NCBI GenBank assembly: GCA_046581755.1
Contig: JAYGFR010000093.1
Location: 1 to 24,258, forward strand
Direction: 5' to 3'
Length of the DNA stretch: 24,258 bases
From: Nitrospinota bacterium
GTDB taxonomy: Bacteria; UBA8248
The position numbers and the translations under genes were made by a program. The notes beneath the pieces are model-generated. The model had not been told where the DNA came from, ran no database searches, and was given only the letters and a program-made list of their open reading frames with translations. Below, one piece after another: positions 8,666 to 17,131 of the stretch; position 1 is the stretch's first letter, and each line of letters begins with the position of its first letter.

Positions 8666-9550
8666 TCAGGAATCCGCGTCACCGTTATTGCCGCGCTCCC
8701 GCTCGCGGAGGAAACGCTCGACTTCCCGGGCCACATCCTCGCCCGAGGGCAAACCGCCCGATTCTTCCTCCTCTTCTGTCTCGCTCCGGTGTTTGAGCTC
8801 CTCGACATATTCCTTGACCGCCTTGTTCGACTCCAGGGCCTGATCGACCTTGTCGTCGAAATCGGTCGAGCCGGTTTCCAGCTCGGAGACGTTCACGTCG
8901 ATCATGAGAAATTCCGAAAGCCGCCGGACCAGGGCGAGGGCGGCCTTGGGGTTGGGCGTTACGTTGACGTAATGGGGGACGTTCGCCCAGATGCTGACGG
9001 CGGGCAGGCTCTGGTCCTTGAACAGGTTGTTCAGGATTCCGACGATGCCCGTGGGGCCCTCGTATCCGGAGCGCTTCAGGCCCAGGCGCTCGGCCAGCTC
9101 CAGATTCGTGGAGGAGCCGGTAATCCGAACGGCGCTCCTGTGGTAGACGTCGGCAAGCAAGGCCCCCAGCGTGACCGCCATCCGCACGCCGCATTTTTGC
9201 GCGAGCGAGTAAATGATTTGGGTGAATTGCTTCCACTGGAGGTGGGGCTCGACCCCGACGAAAAGGATCAGGTCGTGGTCGTTATGGGGTGTCCGGCAGG
9301 CGTAAAAGGTGTTGCACGGCCAGGCGATCTGGCGCTGACCCTCCTCGTCCAGGCTGACGAGCGGCCGCGTGTCCTGAAAATTATAGAATATGTCGGATTC
9401 GATCGAGGCGAATTCCGAGCCGCCGAGCTCTTCGCGAATAAAGCTGGCGGCGGTGGTGGCCGCGTTGCTGGCATCGTTCCATCCCGAAAAAGCGAGCAAA
9501 AGGGTGGGACTCCGAAGATCGGGCATTTCCGTGATATGGATATAATCCAT
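8666..9550 (-). CDS. PAC2 family protein (proteasome assembly chaperone-like)
   Basis: ATG at 9550: MDYIHITEMPDLRSPTLLLAFSGWNDASNAAT...FYNFQDTRP...GVEPHLQW...TLGALLADVYH...YEGPTGIVG...WANVPHYV..PNPKA...LPSGEDVAREVERFLRE, the pattern of bacterial PAC2 proteins. Confidence 0.9.
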   Translation of the reverse strand: MDYIHITEMPDLRSPTLLLAFSGWNDASNAATTAASFIREELGGSEFASIESDIFYNFQDTRPLVSLDEEGQRQIAWPCNTFYACRTPHNDHDLILFVGVEPHLQWKQFTQIIYSLAQKCGVRMAVTLGALLADVYHRSAVRITGSSTNLELAERLGLKRSGYEGPTGIVGILNNLFKDQSLPAVSIWANVPHYVNVTPNPKAALALVRRLSEFLMIDVNVSELETGSTDFDDKVDQALESNKAVKEYVEELKHRSETEEEEESGGLPSGEDVAREVERFLRERERGNNGDADS

Positions 9551-9714
9551 CCCTTTGCCCCCTGTGGCCGGAAAGTTCCGGTGGAAGTAAAAAATATCGG
9601 CGGTGGAGTTTATTCTAAGCCCGGCGGGAAAAAGATTCAAAGCATAAAAAAAGGGGGCGCCCGAATCCCAGCGGGGGCACGGGTATCCGCGCGATCCGCC
9701 GCGGCGGCCCAATA

Positions 9715-9745
9715 TTGATAGGCGCGCGCGCGGATGCTATAAACT
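9715..9745 (+). promoter_or_regulatory. Candidate sigma70 promoter for the FAS/PKS cluster
   Basis: TTGATA (9715-9720), 17-bp spacer ending in TGC, then TATAAA (9738-9743), giving an extended -10 TGn. Alternative -10 TAAACT (9740-9745). Confidence 0.55.
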
Positions 9746-9862
9746 GAGCGGCTGGTCCGGTGGGTGGCAGAGTCCCCGCCAGGCGCACCGCGGGCCCGCC
9801 GCGTGCGGTCTCCCGCCTCAACCGCCCGGATAGGGCACTCTCTGAATAAGGCTAGGTTTCGG

Positions 9863-10657
9863 GTGGATCCCTCAAACGGCTCCGAATCTCATTATCAGGG
9901 CAAGACCGCTTTAATCACGGGTGCGTCCCGGGGCATCGGCGGCGCCGTGGCGCGCCGCCTGGCCCGCGCGGGGGCGAATCTGGTGATCAATCACCGCGAG
10001 GCCCGTGGGCGTTCGGGGAAACTTGCCGAGGCCCTGTGCGCCGAGGCCGAGGCGGCGGGTGTGCGTGCGATATCGGTTCCGGCCGACATCGGCAAAAAAA
10101 AAGAGGTCGAGGCTCTTTTCTCGAAGGCGGAAGAGGCGTTCGGCCGGCTGGATTTTTTGGTGCTCAACGCCGCCCGGGCGCCGTTCAAGCCCTGGGAGAA
10201 GCTGCTCGAGCGCGACCTTCGCCAGTTGGTGGAGACGAACTACCTGGGCAACGTCTTTTGCATGCAGCAGGCTCTCGCGCCGCTTGCCCGCCAAGGAGGA
10301 GCGGTCGTTTTTTTGTCGAGCCTGGGCAGCCGCTTCGCCAACCCGGACTATCCCCTCGGGACGATGAAGGCCGCGATGGAGACTGCCGTGAAATACTGGG
10401 CGGAGGATTTCGGCGGCCGGGGAATTTCGGTGAACGCGGTGTGCGCGGGACTCGTAAAGACGGATTCGTTCAAGACGCTCCGGTTGGTCAACCCGGACCT
10501 GGATAATCTGCCCGAGCGGTTTTTCCTCTCCCCCGAGGAGGTGGCCGATGTCGTCCACTACCTCCTGGGCCCGGCGGGCCAGGTTATCCGGGGCCAAACG
10601 ATCGTGGCCGACAAGGGCGCGAGCAACCGCCTGCACTGGTCAACCCCGCCCGGATGA
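9863..10657 (+). CDS. SDR oxidoreductase, FabL-like enoyl-ACP reductase
   Basis: TGASRGIG, GRLDFLVLNAA, VFLSSLGS...Y-PLGTM-KAA, VNAVCAGLVKTDS. SSLGS and the long Tyr-Lys spacing resemble FabL rather than FabG. Start GTG 9863 preferred over 9764, but uncertain. Confidence 0.75.
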   Translation: MDPSNGSESHYQGKTALITGASRGIGGAVARRLARAGANLVINHREARGRSGKLAEALCAEAEAAGVRAISVPADIGKKKEVEALFSKAEEAFGRLDFLVLNAARAPFKPWEKLLERDLRQLVETNYLGNVFCMQQALAPLARQGGAVVFLSSLGSRFANPDYPLGTMKAAMETAVKYWAEDFGGRGISVNAVCAGLVKTDSFKTLRLVNPDLDNLPERFFLSPEEVADVVHYLLGPAGQVIRGQTIVADKGASNRLHWSTPPG

Positions 10658-10859
10658 TGCATTCTGAGCCGCGCATTTCAGGCGGCCGCGGAAGAAAAGA
10701 GGGTCCGGCCCCATTCGGAGCCTTTGGCCGGATCGGTTGGCCGGATCGTTTGAAATATTTCGAAGGGTTCCGGGATTTGCTATGGCATGAGCCGCCCCGG
10801 CCCTCCCAAAAGCCCGGACAATAGAGCCCGGAAGATGAAAGGTGTGCGAGGAGAATTAC

Positions 10860-11438
10860 ATGGAGCAGAACATAATCGGCGGCGATCGGATTATGCAGGA
10901 GGTCATGGACGCGATCGTCCATGCGACCGGAATCGACAAGGATTCCATCACCCCCGATAGCTCGCTGGTGGACGATTTGGACGTGCTGTCCCTGGATTTT
11001 CTGGACATGAATTTTCGGATCGAGCAGGTGTTCGGTGTGAAAATGGCGCGGAGCTTTGTCCTCGAGCACGTCGAGGAGATGTACGGCGAGGGGGTGGCCA
11101 TCGATGAGAATAACGAGGTGACCGAAAAGGGCGTGGAGATTCTTAGATTGCGCTTGAGCGAATCGGCGGACGGTCTCGAGGCGGGGACGCCCATGGACGA
11201 GCTTCCGGTCCTCGTCACCCCCCGGACGCTTTCCTCGGCGGTGAACGATATATTCGACAATCTTCCGGAAAAGAGCCCGGCCGGGGCGGATTGGAAAACC
11301 GAGGACGGCACCCATGTTGTCTGCTCCGAGACCGGCCAGTCCGCCGTATTGCCGAGCGGCGATGAGGTGGTTCAAAACTGGCTGGAGGCTCTCCAGGAAG
11401 AAAAGCAAATCTTTGGATCCCCATTTCCGCCCCCGTAG
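10860..11438 (+). CDS. Atypical long acyl carrier protein (192 aa), AcpXL-like core with insertion and C-terminal extension
   Basis: GAGGAG SD, ATG 10860. ITPDSSLVDDLDVLSLDFLDMNFRIEQVFGVKM, with the predicted phosphopantetheine Ser codon at 10989-10991. Very acidic. Confidence 0.85.
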   Translation: MEQNIIGGDRIMQEVMDAIVHATGIDKDSITPDSSLVDDLDVLSLDFLDMNFRIEQVFGVKMARSFVLEHVEEMYGEGVAIDENNEVTEKGVEILRLRLSESADGLEAGTPMDELPVLVTPRTLSSAVNDIFDNLPEKSPAGADWKTEDGTHVVCSETGQSAVLPSGDEVVQNWLEALQEEKQIFGSPFPPP

Positions 11439-11551
11439 TTCAAGACAGTAGTTCAAGACGGTAGATCAAGACCGTTTTTATAAGACAATATTTCTTGACG
11501 GTATTTTAAGGGGGTTATCAGGCCCGTATTTCAGGACGGTCGTTCAGGCCG
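11435..11551 (+). repeat. Degenerate 13-bp tandem array, 9 units
   Basis: GTAGTTCAAGACA GTAGTTCAAGACG GTAGATCAAGACC GTTTTTATAAGACA ATATTTCTTGACG GTATTTTAAGGGG GTTATCAGGCCC GTATTTCAGGACG GTCGTTCAGGCCG (117 bp = 9 x 13). Confidence 0.85.
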
Positions 11552-11587
11552 GTATCGCGCGCGAATTTTCCTCTGGAGCTTCGTCCC

Positions 11588-12898
11588 ATGGCCCGGCCCA
11601 CCAAACGCGTCGTCGTGACAGGCTATGGGATGATGACCCCGCTGGGCGGAGATGTCGCCACCACCTTCGAGGCGGCGCGCGAGGGCAAGTCCGGCATCGA
11701 TACCATCCGCCTGTTTGACCCCGAGAACCTCCCCTGCCGGATCGGCGGCGAGGTGGACGACGCCTGGATCGAGGCGCGCGAGGAATCCGCCCGGCGAAGG
11801 CTTCTCAAGTTCGCCTCGCGCGGGGTCCGCATGATGCTCATCGCCGCCGCAGAGGCCGCCGGGAGCGCCCGGTTGGACGAGGTGGCGGGTCGCGCGCGCG
11901 TCGGCGTCTCGGTCGGCTCGCACGGCGAGCACCCCGGCATCCCCCAAATGACCCAGCTCTTCCGCCAGTGGCGCCCCGGCGGAAACGGCCCCTGGGAGGG
12001 CAGGTGGGATTTCAGAGAGCTCTTCCGATCCGGAGGGTATGATTTTCTCCAGTTCTACCGGCGGAAAATCGATATAGCGGCATCGGTCGTCGCCACGGAG
12101 TTCGACGCGCAGGGCCCCTCCGTTTCGGTCTGCTCGGCCTGCTCGGCAGGGGGGCAGGCCGTGGGCGAGGCGCTCCGCCTCATCCGGGACGGAAAGGCCG
12201 ACGCGATGATCGCGGGCGGCTGCGATTCGGAGATCTCCTATGGCGGTTTTATGGGGTTTGTCCTGCTGACGGCGCTCTCCGAAAAATACGAGAGCCCGCA
12301 GAAAGCCTCGCGCCCCTTCGACCGGAGGCGCAACGGGTTCGTCATGTCCGAGGGGGCGGGCGCGCTCGTGCTCGAGGAGCTGGATCACGCGCTGGCGCGC
12401 AAGGCGCCGATCCTGGGCGAGGTGCTGGGCTACGGCGATTCGGCCGATGCCTTCCGCATCACCGATATGCACCCCAAGGGGGTCGGCGCCGTTCTTTCGA
12501 TGAGGCGTGCGCTGGAGGACGCCGGGGTCCAGGCGGCGGATGTGGACTACATCAACGCGCACGGCACATCCACGCCCAAGAACGACGTCACCGAGACCCT
12601 GGCAATCAAGGAGGTGTTCGGGGACCGGGCCGGCCGGGTTCCGATCAGCTCGAACAAATCCATGCTCGGCCACACCATCGGCGCGGCGGGGGCCATCGAG
12701 GCGGTGTTGTCGCTCGAGGGGATGCGCCGCTCGGAAATCCTCCCCACCATCAACTACGAGAACCCGGACCCAAAGTGCGATCTGGATTACGTGCCTAACG
12801 AGACGCGGGCCGCCGAACACAGGATCGTCCTCTCGAACAGCTTCGGATTCGGCGGGCAAAACGCCACGCTCTGCCTCGGCCGATACGAGGGAGAGTGA
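11588..12898 (+). CDS. Beta-ketoacyl-ACP synthase (FabF-like KS1, catalytically intact)
   Basis: RVVVTGYG, SAC*SAG (Cys codon 12140-12142), SRPFDRRRNGFVMSEGAG, YINAHGTST, SNKSMLGHTIGAAG, SNSFGFGGQN. Confidence 0.93.
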   Translation: MARPTKRVVVTGYGMMTPLGGDVATTFEAAREGKSGIDTIRLFDPENLPCRIGGEVDDAWIEAREESARRRLLKFASRGVRMMLIAAAEAAGSARLDEVAGRARVGVSVGSHGEHPGIPQMTQLFRQWRPGGNGPWEGRWDFRELFRSGGYDFLQFYRRKIDIAASVVATEFDAQGPSVSVCSACSAGGQAVGEALRLIRDGKADAMIAGGCDSEISYGGFMGFVLLTALSEKYESPQKASRPFDRRRNGFVMSEGAGALVLEELDHALARKAPILGEVLGYGDSADAFRITDMHPKGVGAVLSMRRALEDAGVQAADVDYINAHGTSTPKNDVTETLAIKEVFGDRAGRVPISSNKSMLGHTIGAAGAIEAVLSLEGMRRSEILPTINYENPDPKCDLDYVPNETRAAEHRIVLSNSFGFGGQNATLCLGRYEGE

Positions 12899-12902
12899 GG
12901 CG

Positions 12903-14183
12903 ATGCCCGCCGCTCTCGCCGTCACCGGGTCCGGCATGGTTACGGCGGCCGGAAGAGAGGTGGACGCAACCTGGAATGCGCTATGCGCCCGAAGGGGGTT
13001 TCTCGTCCCGGACGCCGATCCGGAGCTAGAGGGATTCTCGCCGATCGCCACGGCGCGGTGCGCCCCGATGGACCCGGAGTCGCTCGGCCTGGACCGCCGC
13101 GCGGCCCGCATCGCCGGGCACCCCACCCACCTTCTTCTCGCGGCGGTATCGGACGCGCTCCGGGAGGCCGGGATTGCCCCGGGGGCGGGGGCCGGCCTCG
13201 AAGATGCCAGCCTCGAAGATGAAGATACGGCTTTTTTCGCCGCGTTGGATTCGGTGGACCCCGGGGGCGGGGATCTGGTGTCCGCCGTCCAGGCCATGCG
13301 CCGGGCGGGCGGCGGGGAGGATTTCGGCGGATTCTTCTCGGAGGGCATGGCGCAGATTCCCCCGCTCTGGCCGCTCGCGATGCTGAACCCGATCGGGTTT
13401 TGCCAGGTCTCGATCCAGCTCGGTCTCCGGGGGGAGAACGGCCTTTTCAGTCCGGGTCCCGAGGCGGGCGCCCAGGCGATCATCGAGGCGGCCGAGGCGG
13501 TTCGCGAGGGAAAGGCCCGCGCGGCCGTGGCCGCCGGCGTGGGGACCGCCATTTCGGCCCGGTCGGTGGCCCGCTACCGGAAACAAAAATTGTTGCGAAA
13601 GGCCGAGGGGCCCGAAGCGGAATGGCCCCGGCCCTTTTCCGGGCGCGGCGCCGCCGCGCTGGGCGAGGGAGCGGGCGCCGCCGTCCTCGAGCCCCTCGAA
13701 GCCGCCCGGTCGGCGGGCAAACCGATTCAGGGTGCATTGACGGGGTGGGGCCGGGCCACCGCGTTGGAGGGCGCGGGTGGGCTCTCGGGAGCTATCCGGG
13801 AGGCGGCCCGCCGCGCGATGGAGGCGGTGGAGATCGGGCCGGGCCGGGTGTGCCTGGTCGTGACCCATGGCGCGGGAACGCCGGCGGAGGATGAGGCAGA
13901 GGCCGAGGCGCTCTCGGCCGTTTTGGAGGGGCATCGCCCCCGCGCCCTTGCGACAAAGGGCGCATTCGGCCACCTTTTGGGTGCGTCTCCGATTGTGGAT
14001 TTGCTGCTGGCGCTCCGGGCCCTGGCCGAGGGGGAGGTTCCGCCGAGCCCGGGGGCGGGATCGGCAGCGCGCGAGGTGATGGATTTTTCCCAAGGCCCGG
14101 TGGCCGCCGGAACGGGAGCGGCCCTGGTTTTGTCCCAGGGGTTCGGGGGAGCCTGCGCGGCGTTCGCCGCCGAGGCCCTCTGA
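12903..14183 (+). CDS. Ketosynthase-like protein lacking the catalytic Cys (KS2, chain-length-factor-like)
   Basis: ATG 12903 after GAGG. AVTGSG, PPLWPLAMLNP, GPEAGAQA (Pro at the Cys position, 13458-13460), RPF, LGEGAG, THGAGT, KGAFGHLLGA, QGFGG. Confidence 0.85.
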   Translation: MPAALAVTGSGMVTAAGREVDATWNALCARRGFLVPDADPELEGFSPIATARCAPMDPESLGLDRRAARIAGHPTHLLLAAVSDALREAGIAPGAGAGLEDASLEDEDTAFFAALDSVDPGGGDLVSAVQAMRRAGGGEDFGGFFSEGMAQIPPLWPLAMLNPIGFCQVSIQLGLRGENGLFSPGPEAGAQAIIEAAEAVREGKARAAVAAGVGTAISARSVARYRKQKLLRKAEGPEAEWPRPFSGRGAAALGEGAGAAVLEPLEAARSAGKPIQGALTGWGRATALEGAGGLSGAIREAARRAMEAVEIGPGRVCLVVTHGAGTPAEDEAEAEALSAVLEGHRPRALATKGAFGHLLGASPIVDLLLALRALAEGEVPPSPGAGSAAREVMDFSQGPVAAGTGAALVLSQGFGGACAAFAAEAL

Positions 14184-14209
14184 GCCGGTGCCGCCGGAGG
14201 GAGAGGATT

Positions 14210-14671
14210 TTGCGCTATCTATACATTGACCGCGTTACGGAAATCGAGAGCGGAAAGCGCATTTGCGGGGTCAAGACGTTTCCCCTCTCCGAGGCTTATT
14301 TCAAGGGGCATTTCTCGAAGGCGCCGCTGGTTCCGGGGTCGATCCTGATCGAGGCCATGTCCCAGATCACGGGCTGGCTGGTGGTCTACACCCACCGGTG
14401 CGAGACCTTTTGCGCGATCTCGATGATCCAAAATGCCACGCTGCCAACCGACCTCCGGGCGGGGACGACGGTCGAGCTCCACGGTGAATTGATGGACACC
14501 GACAAGAACTGGAGCCATTGCCGGGCCTGGGTGGAGCGGGACGGAGAGCGGATCGCGAGCGCGGATCGGTTCCTGTTCCCCCATTTCAAGGAGCAACGCC
14601 CCGAGGAAACCGCACAGTTCTACCGCGACATCGGCTGGCTCGAGCCCCGGTGGGACTGGAGGGCATCCTGA
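14210..14671 (+). CDS. FabZ/FabA-like 3-hydroxyacyl-ACP dehydratase (DH1)
   Basis: TTG start after a purine-rich SD. YIDRV, YFKGHFSKAPLVPGSILIEAMSQ (His/Glu dyad), hotdog-fold size. Stop overlaps the KS3 ATG (TGATG). Confidence 0.88.
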   Translation: MRYLYIDRVTEIESGKRICGVKTFPLSEAYFKGHFSKAPLVPGSILIEAMSQITGWLVVYTHRCETFCAISMIQNATLPTDLRAGTTVELHGELMDTDKNWSHCRAWVERDGERIASADRFLFPHFKEQRPEETAQFYRDIGWLEPRWDWRAS

Positions 14672-15945
14672 TGCCCCGCGAGGTTTGGATTACCGGAATG
14701 GGCATGGTGACGGCGCTGGGTGCGGATTTGAATACCTCTTGGAGCCGCGCCCTGGCGGGCAAGTCGGGGATTCGGGCCATATCCTCCTTCGAGGCGGATG
14801 AGATGCCCGTCGCGGGGGCCGGCGAGGTGGAGGACAGTGAACTCGAGTCCCTGCGCGAGCGGCTTCCCGGGGATCTGGCGGCCGAGCGGGAGCGGCGGGT
14901 GCTCTTCGCGCTCGACGCCGCCCGGAGCGCCCTCGCCGATGCGGGCCTGGCGCCGGGGGAGAGCGATCCTGCGCGCTCGGGCGTCGTCATGGGAGCCGGG
15001 TTGAGCACCTACCGGCTCGAGGATTTCGCGGCCTGGATTCCCCCGGGCGGCGGCTTCGAGGCGGCCCGGTTCGCGGCCGAGCTTGAGAAGACCCACCCGG
15101 GGGGATATTTTCAGAATCCGCCCGAGCGGGCGACATCGCTCATTTCGAAGTGGGCGGAATTTTCGGGGCCCTCGGCCACCCTGACCTCGGCGTGCGCGGC
15201 CGCGGGCCAGGCCATTGGATTGGGAATGCGGATGATCCGCCGGGGAGAGGCGGATCTCGTCCTCTGCGGCGGGGCGGACTCGATGATCAACCCGGTCGGG
15301 ATGGCGATCTTTTTGCTGCTCGGCGCGGCCTCCACGGCGGCGGTGGAGTCGGCGGCGCTGTGCCGCCCGTTCGACCGGCGGCGCTCGGGGCTCGTGGTCG
15401 GAGAGGGGGCGGGGATGCTGGTTTTGGAGTCGGCCGATCGCGCCGCCCGGCGCGGGGCGCGCGTCCATGCCCGGCTTCTGGGCTATGGTTCGAGCATGGA
15501 CGCCTACCGGGTGACGGCGCCGGACCCGGCGGGCCGGGGGGCCGTCCGCTCGATGCGCGGGGCGCTCCGGGATGCCGGGATGGCGCCCGAGGAGATCGCC
15601 TATGTCAACGCACACGGGACGGGGACCCGGCTGAACGATCCGGCCGAGACGCGGGCGATCAAGGAGGTGTTCGGGGAATCGGGGGCCCGGCTCGCCGTGA
15701 GCTCGACGAAGCCGTTGATCGGCCACCTGATAGCCGCCTGCGGCGCCCCCGAGTTGATTTTCACGGCGCTCAGCGTGGCCCGCGATGAGGTGCATCCCAC
15801 CCTGAATTTGGAGAATCCCGATCCCGGGTGCGATCTGGATTATGTTTCGGGCGAGGCGCGGAAAATGGCGGTGCCCGCCGCGATTTCCAATTCGTTCGGG
15901 TTCGGCGGTCAAAACGCAACCCTTGTCGTGGGAAAGGCGGCCTAG
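14671..15945 (+). CDS. Beta-ketoacyl-ACP synthase (FabF-like KS3, catalytically intact)
   Basis: ATG 14671. VWITGMG, TSAC*AAAGQA (Cys codon 15193-15195), CRPFDRRRSGLVVGEGAG, YVNAHGTGT, STKPLIGHL, SNSFGFGGQN. Confidence 0.93.
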   Translation: MPREVWITGMGMVTALGADLNTSWSRALAGKSGIRAISSFEADEMPVAGAGEVEDSELESLRERLPGDLAAERERRVLFALDAARSALADAGLAPGESDPARSGVVMGAGLSTYRLEDFAAWIPPGGGFEAARFAAELEKTHPGGYFQNPPERATSLISKWAEFSGPSATLTSACAAAGQAIGLGMRMIRRGEADLVLCGGADSMINPVGMAIFLLLGAASTAAVESAALCRPFDRRRSGLVVGEGAGMLVLESADRAARRGARVHARLLGYGSSMDAYRVTAPDPAGRGAVRSMRGALRDAGMAPEEIAYVNAHGTGTRLNDPAETRAIKEVFGESGARLAVSSTKPLIGHLIAACGAPELIFTALSVARDEVHPTLNLENPDPGCDLDYVSGEARKMAVPAAISNSFGFGGQNATLVVGKAA

Positions 15946-16698
15946 ATGAACATCGATTTGAGCGGAAAGGTGGCGCTCGTCACCGGGGGCGGCCGGGGCA
16001 TCGGCCGGGCCTGCTGTCTCGCCCTGGCCGAGGCCGGCGCGGCGGTGGCGATCAACTACAGCGCCTCGGAGGAGGCGGCGGAGGAGGTGCGGGCCGCCAT
16101 CGAAGAGGGCGGCGGCCGGGCCGCAACCTACCGGGCGGACGTTTCCTCTTTCGAGCTGGTCGGGTCGATGTTCGAGGCGCTGAAGGAAGACTTCGCTGCC
16201 CTGGACATCCTCGTGAACAACGCGGGCGTCATCAAGGACACCCTTCTTTTCCGGATGAAGCCGGCCGACTGGGACAAGGTCATCGGGGTGAGCCTGAACG
16301 GCGTCTACAACTGCACGAAGATGGCGGCCGAGATCATGATGCGCGCGCGCACCGGGTGTGTGATCAATATCGCCTCGGTGATCGGACTCATGGGCGGCGC
16401 GGGGCAGACCAACTACGCCGCCGCCAAGGCCGGGGTCATCTCGTTCACCCGCGCCTGCGCGGCCGAGATGAGCGGGCGCGGGATCCGCTTCAACGCGGTT
16501 TTGCCTGGGATGATCGAAACGGACATGAGCAAGGCTGTCCGCAGGCGTGCGAGCGATAAGGTCTTGGAGCGGATTCCCTCGAAGCGCTTCGGCCAGCCGG
16601 AGGATGTGGCGGGCGTGGTGGTTTTTCTGGCTTCTCCCGCCGCCAGCTATATCAACGGCGAGGCCATCGCCGTGGACGGGGGCATGCATATCGGCTAG
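15946..16698 (+). CDS. fabG: 3-oxoacyl-ACP reductase
   Basis: TGGGRGIG, ILVNNAGVIKD, NIASVIG, GQTNYAAAKAG (YxxxK), PGMIETDM, VDGG. Starts immediately after the KS3 stop. Confidence 0.92.
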   Translation: MNIDLSGKVALVTGGGRGIGRACCLALAEAGAAVAINYSASEEAAEEVRAAIEEGGGRAATYRADVSSFELVGSMFEALKEDFAALDILVNNAGVIKDTLLFRMKPADWDKVIGVSLNGVYNCTKMAAEIMMRARTGCVINIASVIGLMGGAGQTNYAAAKAGVISFTRACAAEMSGRGIRFNAVLPGMIETDMSKAVRRRASDKVLERIPSKRFGQPEDVAGVVVFLASPAASYINGEAIAVDGGMHIG

Positions 16699-16714
16699 TC
16701 GCCGGGGAGCGGGC

Positions 16715-17122
16715 GTGCGGATATACCAGGGCGTTGATTTGATCGAGATTGACCGGCTCCGGGCGGCCTATGATCGCCAGGAGGCGTTCGGACGGGACAT
16801 CTACACCGAGGCCGAGCTGGCCTACTGCACCGCCCGGCCCGATCCCTATCCGCATCTTGCCGGGCGGTTCGCCGCCAAGGAGGCATGCCTGAAAGCCTTC
16901 GGCGTGGGGATGGGCGGGTTCGGGGCCACCGGGCGTTTCCGGGAGATCGAGATCGAGTCCACCCCCTCGGGAAAGCCCGTCCTCCAGCTGCACGGGTCGA
17001 TGGAAAAAATGGGCCGGAGGCTGAAAATCCGGCAGATGACCGTTTCGATTAGCCATGCCGACAGTTTTGCCGTCGCCATGGTCATTCTCATGGGCGAGGC
17101 CACGGCCGGAGAGGAAGAATAG
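16715..17122 (+). CDS. acpS: Holo-ACP synthase (AcpS-type phosphopantetheinyl transferase)
   Basis: GTG 16715 after GGGGAG. GVDLIEIDR, LAGRFAAKEACLKAFG, SGKP, VSISH. Confidence 0.93.
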   Translation: MRIYQGVDLIEIDRLRAAYDRQEAFGRDIYTEAELAYCTARPDPYPHLAGRFAAKEACLKAFGVGMGGFGATGRFREIEIESTPSGKPVLQLHGSMEKMGRRLKIRQMTVSISHADSFAVAMVILMGEATAGEEE

Positions 17123-17131
17123 AGGAGCCGC

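Noticed and set aside
9800..9845. Fluoride riboswitch (CCCGCC-TCAACCGCCC...GGGC resemblance)
   Set aside because: The conserved 5' GGnGAUG and 3' UGAUG elements are missing.
11495..11523. Internal sigma70 promoter at TTGACG within the array
   Set aside because: No acceptable -10 hexamer at 16-18 bp spacing.
11435..11551. CRISPR array
   Set aside because: Units are 13 bp, contiguous and degenerate, with no unique spacers. No cas genes in the window.
11531..16689. Long antisense ORFs (11531..13552, 13026..14093, 14620..16689), and similarly 18668..20215 and 22177..23700
   Set aside because: Shadows of GC-rich sense genes, with low-complexity R/G/P/A-rich translations and no motifs.
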